DNA from: a virus
Length of the DNA: 64,000 nucleotides
IMG/VR virus record: IMGVR_UViG_3300049822_000176
Location: 1-64,000 of that record
Direction: 5' to 3' (one strand)
Shown: piece after piece, positions 58,999 to 64,000 of the stretch
Numbering within the stretch: the first letter of the stretch is position 1
Layout: each line of letters starts with the position of its first letter
Notes under the pieces: generated by a model
The model's database searches: none
Told to the model about the DNA's origin: nothing
The model's input: only the letters and a program-made list of their open reading frames with translations
Position numbers and translations under genes: made by a program

Positions 58999-59234
58999 GC
59001 GAGGGTGCAGCGCAGGATGATCGGCTGTTCCCCGTCGGCGAGACGCGCAGCGATGGCGGCTTCCACCTCATGCCGGGGGGGCCCGGTGCTGATGTCCTGC
59101 CCGCTGACGGTGGTCACCTGTTCGGGGTCGGACAGGTCGAACTCTTCCTCGCGGAGGATCAGGTCGGCCGGCTCGTAGTCGTCGGGGCCGACTCCGGGGG
59201 GCAGGATGCGGTATCTCACGAGGTAGCGGGTCAT
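58995..59234 (-). CDS. hypothetical protein
   Basis: 79 aa from ATG 59234 (MTRYLVRYRILPPGVGPDDYEP...), convergent with the regulator. Confidence 0.5.
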   Translation of the reverse strand: MTRYLVRYRILPPGVGPDDYEPADLILREEEFDLSDPEQVTTVSGQDISTGPPRHEVEAAIAARLADGEQPIILRCTLA

Positions 59235-59392
59235 GGTCGTTTCTGCTCCCGACAGTAGGGCGCCCCGGGTGTCGGGACCCGGGGCGATGGGGTTGAGCAT
59301 AGTGGGGGTGGGTGCGGGCTGTCTGCGGTGCCGGTCGGGATTCGGCCGGGTGGGGGTGAGTGGATGGGTGTGCGGATCATTAGGCTGAGGGC

Positions 59393-59575
59393 ATGCCCCC
59401 CACTCTTGCGGCCTGTGGTCGTGTGCGTCCTGCTGCGGTCGTGAATGAGTCGATCCGTGCGCTTGTTGTGGGTGCGGCGGGCAGGGAGTGGCGGCAGGCG
59501 GAGCGGGCGTTGTATGGGCTGTTGTTGGAGGAGTGGGAGGCCGCGATGCGGGGTGAGGTGGTGGAGGCGGCGTAG
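59393..59575 (+). CDS. small hypothetical protein
   Basis: 60 aa ORF-track frame. Confidence 0.4.
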   Translation: MPPTLAACGRVRPAAVVNESIRALVVGAAGREWRQAERALYGLLLEEWEAAMRGEVVEAA

Positions 59576-59578
59576 ATG

Positions 59579-59621
59579 CTATGCACCCCTGCATTGACAT
59601 TGCCTATGCGGGGGTGCATAG
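59579..59621 (+). promoter_or_regulatory. promoter-like TTGACA (59594..59599) enclosed by an 11-bp inverted repeat (CTATGCACCCC/GGGGTGCATAG)
   Basis: CATAGT lies 17 nt downstream of TTGACA and falls inside the right repeat arm. It is upstream of ATG 59665. Confidence 0.5.
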
Positions 59622-59664
59622 TTCTTGGTGTAGGGACAACCCAACCAGCCACCAGGGGGAAACC

Positions 59665-60159
59665 ATGTTCGACGAATTCGGCCAGCGCTACCGCGACAAC
59701 GAGGGCAGCACCTTCATCGTCATCGAACCCCGCACCGCCGACGAACGCCACGCCCTCCTCATGGAGGACTTCGAAATCCTCACCAACCCCGACGACTTCG
59801 AGTGGGCCGCCTCCCACATCACCGACCAGCACATCAACCAGCCCGTCCGCATCGAGGACAACCCAGAGATGACCCGCATCGTCCGCAAGCGTGCCGACGA
59901 AGAGCAGGTCAAGGCGGACATCATGGCCCGGGTGCCCGGCAACGAGTACCGCCGGTTCTTCAACGCCATGCACGACGTCCGGTCATGCAGCAAAGCCATC
60001 GCCGACGCACAGGGGACGGTCGCCCGCTACTCCGCGATCCGCGCCCGGGAGCTGCAGAAGATGGTCGACATCATCGGCAGCCAGACCGCCGTGGCCCGCC
60101 TCCTCGGCATGAACCAGTCCACCCTCAGCCGCGCACTCCGCCCCCGCACCGCCGACTGA
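59665..60159 (+). CDS. DNA-binding protein with C-terminal HTH
   Basis: 164 aa from ATG 59665 with GGGGGA RBS. The C terminus reads GSQTAVARLLGMNQSTLSRAL. Confidence 0.6.
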   Translation: MFDEFGQRYRDNEGSTFIVIEPRTADERHALLMEDFEILTNPDDFEWAASHITDQHINQPVRIEDNPEMTRIVRKRADEEQVKADIMARVPGNEYRRFFNAMHDVRSCSKAIADAQGTVARYSAIRARELQKMVDIIGSQTAVARLLGMNQSTLSRALRPRTAD

Positions 60160-60187
60160 CAACACAGCGGCCGAGGCGGCGTAGGCC

Positions 60188-60820
60188 TCACGCGTACTGG
60201 CGGCGCTGCGGATCCAACGCCAACGCCTGCGGCGACCGACCATCACCACCATCCGGAACGGGAACGTCGTCACGGCGACACACCAACGCATCCGGGTCAT
60301 AGGCAGGAACCTGCAAGCTGTAGCCGGTCGGGCAGGCCGGCCCGGGTGGCCCCTGCTCGCCGTCGTCGCCCGGCACGCCCTGCGGACCAGCCGGACCCGG
60401 TGCACCCTGCGGTCCCGTCGCGCCGGCCGGCCCCGTCGCGCCTACCGGGCCCGGTTTCCCGGACGGCCCGGGACTGCCCGGGATCCCGTTCTTGCCGGGG
60501 GTACCTGGCGGTCCGGGTGGTCCGGGGATCGGCACCGGGACTTCGGCTCGCGCCGGGAGGTCCTCCACGGCCGTCGTCGGATCGGGGGCGACTGGCTCTG
60601 CGCCTTCCGCCTGGACCTGCGCCCGCAAGGCCCGCACGTCACCGGCGAGCGTCGACACGGCAGCCCCCCGCAGGTTCGCTTCCTCCTCGAGGCGGTCGGC
60701 GAGTTCGGCGCGGTCGACCATCAGCCATGCCACCGCTGCTGCGCCGCCTGCGCACAGCAGGACAGCGATCGTCCACAGTCCGTGGCGGGCCCGGTACAAG
60801 ACGCCCTGCGTTCGTGTCAC
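60188..60820 (-). CDS. membrane-anchored collagen-repeat protein
   Basis: 210 aa from GTG 60820 (GTGA overlap). It has an N-terminal TM segment ([21 protein letters not shown]), a coiled coil, about 20 G-X-Y triplets and a Cys-containing C terminus. Confidence 0.7.
   Translation of the reverse strand: MTRTQGVLYRARHGLWTIAVLLCAGGAAAVAWLMVDRAELADRLEEEANLRGAAVSTLAGDVRALRAQVQAEGAEPVAPDPTTAVEDLPARAEVPVPIPGPPGPPGTPGKNGIPGSPGPSGKPGPVGATGPAGATGPQGAPGPAGPQGVPGDDGEQGPPGPACPTGYSLQVPAYDPDALVCRRDDVPVPDGGDGRSPQALALDPQRRQYA
60338..60523 (-). repeat. G-X-Y collagen-like triplet repeat coding region
   Basis: [62 protein letters not shown]. Confidence 0.85.
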
Positions 60821-61083
60821 GGTGTGCCCCCCAGTTGCTGCACCAGCAGTCGCAGCCGCGCGTTCTCCAGCTCGAGGAGGTCGGCTCGCTGCTCGGCCTT
60901 CGCCTGGTCGGCTTCCGCCTTGTCGCGCTCCGCGACGAGGCGCTGCGTCAGGCTGTCGTATCCCGTCACCGCGCTGGCCTCCCTGGCCGCCCTGGTTGCG
61001 CCGCGGTTGCCGTACATGGCGGCCGCTGCGGCCAGGGGTCCGGCGATCAGAGCGCCGATCGCCGTCACCATGGCCGCGTCCAC
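60817..61083 (-). CDS. membrane plus coiled-coil protein
   Basis: 88 aa with an N-terminal TM segment ([20 protein letters not shown]) and a leucine-rich coiled coil. Confidence 0.55.
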   Translation of the reverse strand: MDAAMVTAIGALIAGPLAAAAAMYGNRGATRAAREASAVTGYDSLTQRLVAERDKAEADQAKAEQRADLLELENARLRLLVQQLGGTP

Positions 61084-61293
61084 GCCGCCACCTCCCCGAC
61101 GCGTTCATGGGGCAGGTCAAACCGCCTGGGTGGTGTGGGGGTGTGGCGTCATCGGGATCCTCCCGTGTGGTGTGGGTCCTTTTCAGCGGGAGTGTGGCAT
61201 GTGGGGCGGCCGGTTCTTTCCGGCCGTGGTGGCTGTTTGACTCCTTCCGCATACTGGTATTCAGCCGACCGGGCAAGTGAATGCGAGGTTGTC

Positions 61294-61539
61294 ATGGAGC
61301 AGATCGTGCAGCGGCGACCCGGGCGTCCCCGCGACCCCCAAGTGGCGGCCCGCGACGAAACCGTGTATCGGCTCATCGCTGCTGGCACCGGATCCCGCAG
61401 TGACCTCGCCGCCGCAACCGGCCTCGACCGGGCCACCGTGCAGCTCTCCTGCCAGCGCCTGCACCGGGCGGGCCGCATCCGTAAATGTTTGGCGGACACC
61501 GTCATCTGGTTGGTCGCCGACGGCACGCCCTGCCCCTGA
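61294..61539 (+). CDS. winged-helix (MarR-like) DNA-binding protein
   Basis: 81 aa from ATG 61294: ...VYRLIAAGTGSRSDLAAATGLDRATVQLSCQRLHRAGRI. Confidence 0.6.
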   Translation: MEQIVQRRPGRPRDPQVAARDETVYRLIAAGTGSRSDLAAATGLDRATVQLSCQRLHRAGRIRKCLADTVIWLVADGTPCP

Positions 61540-61549
61540 GGAGACGGCC

Positions 61550-61963
61550 ATGTCGGAGTTCCTCGAGCAGCGGATCGTTGCTGCGATCGTCATCAGTGCC
61601 GAGTCCACCGCGTGGCAGGAAGACGCCCCGTGTGCGACCGCGTCTTTCGATTTCGTGCCCGACGTGGAGACCGATGACGGTGTGGTCGAGGCGCAGCAGT
61701 GGTGCCGTGCCTGCCCGGTCCGCACCACGTGTCTGGCGTGGGCGATGGTCCACGGCGCGGAAGGCTACTGGGGCGGAACCACCACCTACCAGCGCAACCA
61801 GCTGCGGCGGGTCCGTACCCGCGCGAAGTGCCCCCTCTGTCTGGGGACGGCACTGGTGTACGAGGACCCGCACGAACTGTGCCTCGGGTGTGGGGTGTCG
61901 TGGGTGCGGGACGTGCGTGAACAGCCGATCGCCGCTACACCACTACCCGCGCCCGCCGCGTAG
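61550..61963 (+). CDS. WhiB-like (Wbl) protein with C-terminal zinc-ribbon extension
   Basis: 137 aa from ATG 61550 with GAGGAGA RBS. APCATAS...WCRACPVRTTCLAWAM...GYWGG is the Wbl signature, followed by CPLCLG...CLGCG. Confidence 0.75.
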   Translation: MSEFLEQRIVAAIVISAESTAWQEDAPCATASFDFVPDVETDDGVVEAQQWCRACPVRTTCLAWAMVHGAEGYWGGTTTYQRNQLRRVRTRAKCPLCLGTALVYEDPHELCLGCGVSWVRDVREQPIAATPLPAPAA

Positions 61964-61997
61964 TCTGCGGTCACCACCATCAAGCACCGGAGGCATC

Positions 61998-62267
61998 ATG
62001 GGCATGTCCACGCACGTCGAAGGGTTCGTTCCGCCGGACGGGCAATGGCAGCAGATGAAGGCCGTATGGGACGCCTGCGCCGCGGCCGGAATCGACCCGC
62101 CCTCCGAGGTGGATGAGTTCTTCGACGGGCAGGAGCCTGACCCGAATGGCCAAGAGGTCGAGATCCCGCATCAGGACTGGCAGAACGGTCACAGTCAAGG
62201 AGTCGAGATCAAGACCGAGGACATTCCCAAGAACGTCAAGGTGATCCGCTTCTACAACTCGTGGTGA
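61998..62267 (+). CDS. hypothetical protein
   Basis: 89 aa from ATG 61998 with GGAGG RBS: MGMSTHVEGFVPPDGQWQQMKAVWD... Confidence 0.55.
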   Translation: MGMSTHVEGFVPPDGQWQQMKAVWDACAAAGIDPPSEVDEFFDGQEPDPNGQEVEIPHQDWQNGHSQGVEIKTEDIPKNVKVIRFYNSW

Positions 62268-62273
62268 GCGGCC

Positions 62274-63323
62274 CTACGCCGGGACCGCCGTCCGGGGCGT
62301 AGCGTGTTGCAGGTCGTGGGCGTGCTGCCAAGCCTCCGCCCACCTCCATGCATGCAGGGACAGCCGTAGCTGTTCGGCGACCGCGCGCCCCGCCTCCGAC
62401 AACTCCTGCCGCAACCCGGCCGAATCCCGCAGTCGCTTCAACTCCCGATACCAAGACCGCGGCCGATCCGCCAGGACGCCCGCGCCCATCGCATGCAGCC
62501 GCTTGTACTCGGCGCGAGGGCTTGCCACCCACGGCACACCACAAGCGGACATCTCGAGCGGCTTGAGCCACGACTTCGCGCCGTTGAAGCGGGTGTCCGC
62601 CAGCGGGGCAATCCCGACCCCCAACGAGGCAACCGCGGACGGCCACTGTTCGATCGGCACCCCGCCACCCGCAGGATCCTGCCCGAGCCCGAACGCCTTC
62701 CCCGCACCCGACGGGTCGCCCCGCATCACGAACTGCGCGCCCTCATCCACCAGTCGCGCCACCGCCCCGCCCACCACCTCCGGATCGTTCGGGTGCGAGT
62801 GGAACGAGCCCGGCCAACCCACCACATCCGAATCGACACGGGGCAGACCGTAGTAGTGATCCGGCAGATAGTTCGGCAACACCACCCCCCTACCGTGCCG
62901 GGCATACACGCCCAACAGAGCAGGCGTCGACACCGTCACCAGCGTCGCATCCCTGCACGCCCGCTGCAGGTTGTGCCACGAGTGGACGCCGCGGCCCGGC
63001 CGGTGCATCGCCCATGCCGGGTTCGACGGATGAATCGACGACAGGTCATCGTCGACGTCCACGACGACGGCGACGCCTTTCGCCCGCAGGATGCTCACGG
63101 CCTGCGCCATGTAGGCGTGCGTGACCCGCTGCAGCACGACCACGTCCACATCGTCGATGAGGACGTCACGGACCGTGTCGCGTTCCATGACCAAGCGCAC
63201 CGCACGATGGCCCTGGGCGACGACCCGCACGTCATGCCCGGCCGCCGCACACTGCTCGCCGGGCCAGATGATGCGGAGGCTGCCACAGCCCCAGGCGTCA
63301 GAGGGGTAGGCGCGGACCTTCAC
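62274..63323 (-). CDS. GT-B fold glycosyltransferase (GT1/GT4-like)
   Basis: 349 aa with a two-Rossmann-like layout and a C-terminal ...GIAPLADTRFNGAKSWLKPLEMSACGVPWVAS motif region. Confidence 0.6.
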   Translation of the reverse strand: MKVRAYPSDAWGCGSLRIIWPGEQCAAAGHDVRVVAQGHRAVRLVMERDTVRDVLIDDVDVVVLQRVTHAYMAQAVSILRAKGVAVVVDVDDDLSSIHPSNPAWAMHRPGRGVHSWHNLQRACRDATLVTVSTPALLGVYARHGRGVVLPNYLPDHYYGLPRVDSDVVGWPGSFHSHPNDPEVVGGAVARLVDEGAQFVMRGDPSGAGKAFGLGQDPAGGGVPIEQWPSAVASLGVGIAPLADTRFNGAKSWLKPLEMSACGVPWVASPRAEYKRLHAMGAGVLADRPRSWYRELKRLRDSAGLRQELSEAGRAVAEQLRLSLHAWRWAEAWQHAHDLQHATPRTAVPA

Positions 63324-63553
63324 TCGCTGCCGGCCTTCCGGGTCCGCCGCACCACCGGCCGCGACTCCTCATCCGCGGTCGCCGTGGGCGCGGTGGGTGT
63401 GGCGGTGAGACGGTCCACGATCGCGCGGAGCGCGGCCACCTCCTTCTCCAGCGCGGCCAGCCGGCCCGCATCCTCGACAGCCGGCGCAGGCGTTGCGGCG
63501 GCGGCGAGTTCCTCGCGGGCGAGGTGACGGATTCGTGCGTCAAGAGCACTCAT
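63320..63553 (-). CDS. coiled-coil hypothetical protein
   Basis: 77 aa from ATG 63553 (ATGA overlap): MSALDARIRHLAREELAAAA... Confidence 0.5.
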   Translation of the reverse strand: MSALDARIRHLAREELAAAATPAPAVEDAGRLAALEKEVAALRAIVDRLTATPTAPTATADEESRPVVRRTRKAGSE

Positions 63554-63732
63554 GCCTGCGTCTCCTTCTTGTTCGGGACAGCCCACGTCAGACCCAGCGT
63601 CGCCAGGACCGCGGCGACCGCTGTGAGGGCTTCCTGTGTGGTGATCTGGTTGTCGGCCAGCGCCGTTCCCAGCGATGCGGCGCCCGCGGCTACGCCGGCG
63701 ACGATGGCCTTCGCGTACTTCGACACCTGCAT
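63550..63732 (-). CDS. small two-TM membrane protein (holin-like)
   Basis: 60 aa: MQVSKYAKAIVAGVAAGAASLG...ALTAVAAVLATLGLTWAV. Confidence 0.5.
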   Translation of the reverse strand: MQVSKYAKAIVAGVAAGAASLGTALADNQITTQEALTAVAAVLATLGLTWAVPNKKETQA

Positions 63733-63734
63733 GG

Positions 63735-63845
63735 TCAGGACTCCTTCTTGCCGTTCGCGCTCGATGCTCCAGCCGGTCCCTTCGGCGGGGTGCCGGGGCG
63801 GACGCCCTTCATCTGCTCGCGCTGCTGTGGGGTGGGATAACCCAT
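63735..63845 (-). CDS. micro-ORF (36 aa), uncertain
   Basis: MGYPTPQQREQMKGVRPGTPPKGPAGASSANGKKES. It shows the same CATGGTCA junction pattern as the neighbouring genes. Confidence 0.3.
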   Translation of the reverse strand: MGYPTPQQREQMKGVRPGTPPKGPAGASSANGKKES

Positions 63846-63847
63846 GG

Positions 63848-64000
63848 TCAGGACCCCTTGGTCTTCTGGGCGGCGGCGAGTTCGGCGACGGTTTTCTGTG
63901 TGTCGCGGACGCGGCGGATCAGGTCGGCGAAGAGGGTGCGGCCGGACCAGTAGTGGCCGGGGTGGTTGACGTCGGGGCTGTAGTCGGCGGCGTCGGTCGG
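63848..64000 (-). CDS. C-terminal end of an upstream gene, partial at window edge
   Basis: It reads ...PTDAADYSPDVNHPGHYWSGRTLFADLIRRVRDTQKTVAELAAAQKTKGS-stop and is open to nt 64000. Confidence 0.5.
   Translation of the reverse strand, partial: PTDAADYSPDVNHPGHYWSGRTLFADLIRRVRDTQKTVAELAAAQKTKGS

Overview
High-GC actinobacterial DNA, Streptomyces-like in codon usage, WhiB-like genes and one in-frame TTA codon. Essentially the whole window reads as a temperate siphovirus-type phage genome, mostly transcribed on the minus strand. All calls come from reading the ORF track and sequence by eye; no database search was run, and start codons were chosen by hand from RBS and overlap logic.

Layout from high to low coordinate on the minus strand:
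- 64.0-62.3 kb: end of a late/lysis-like block (small membrane proteins, GT-B glycosyltransferase).
- 62.2-57.3 kb: accessory, regulator-rich region (two wHTH/HTH proteins, a WhiB-like protein, a collagen-repeat membrane protein, an HTH-TPR regulator).
- About 56.6-56.9 kb: an attP-like site. Its core equals the 3' half of a tRNA-Arg(CCU), flanked on both sides by phased GAGTCCAC repeats.
- 54.5-56.6 kb, plus strand: tyrosine integrase and a CI-like repressor.
- 54.3-29.9 kb: long early operon. It holds Cro-like and Xis-like HTH proteins, a YqaJ exonuclease/RecT/DnaQ-like recombination module, a C5 DNA methyltransferase, a WhiB-like protein, a TcmP-like + HNH + ParB-DUF5131 trio, and an HNH-containing replication-initiator-like gene with an embedded iteron cluster.
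- 29.7-24.8 kb: separately promoted operon of small and membrane proteins with a DUF2637 protein.
- 24.3-24.7 kb: a lipoprotein moron.
- 23.2-24.2 kb: a four-gene plus-strand moron.
- 23.1-0 kb: late operon. Order is terS, a 5.5-kb deoxysugar/glycosyltransferase cassette, frame-disrupted terL, portal, a 1077-aa 2H-phosphoesterase/MuF/protease polyprotein, scaffold-fused major capsid protein, several structural proteins, and the tail assembly chaperone with its -1 frame running off the window.

Main observations:
- A TcmP-like/HNH/ParB-DUF5131 gene trio of unknown function.
- The sugar cassette splitting the terminase genes.
- A conserved 33-nt CCGGAATGATC...TACCGT/CACAAT element repeated upstream of late genes.
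- Frame discontinuities in terL (exactly at a TTA codon) and inside the C5 methyltransferase.
- An origin-like iteron cluster plus a 39-nt polypyrimidine tract inside the initiator gene.
- An attP that is intact, so the element is not integrated through this site.

No complete tRNA, rRNA or CRISPR array was seen.
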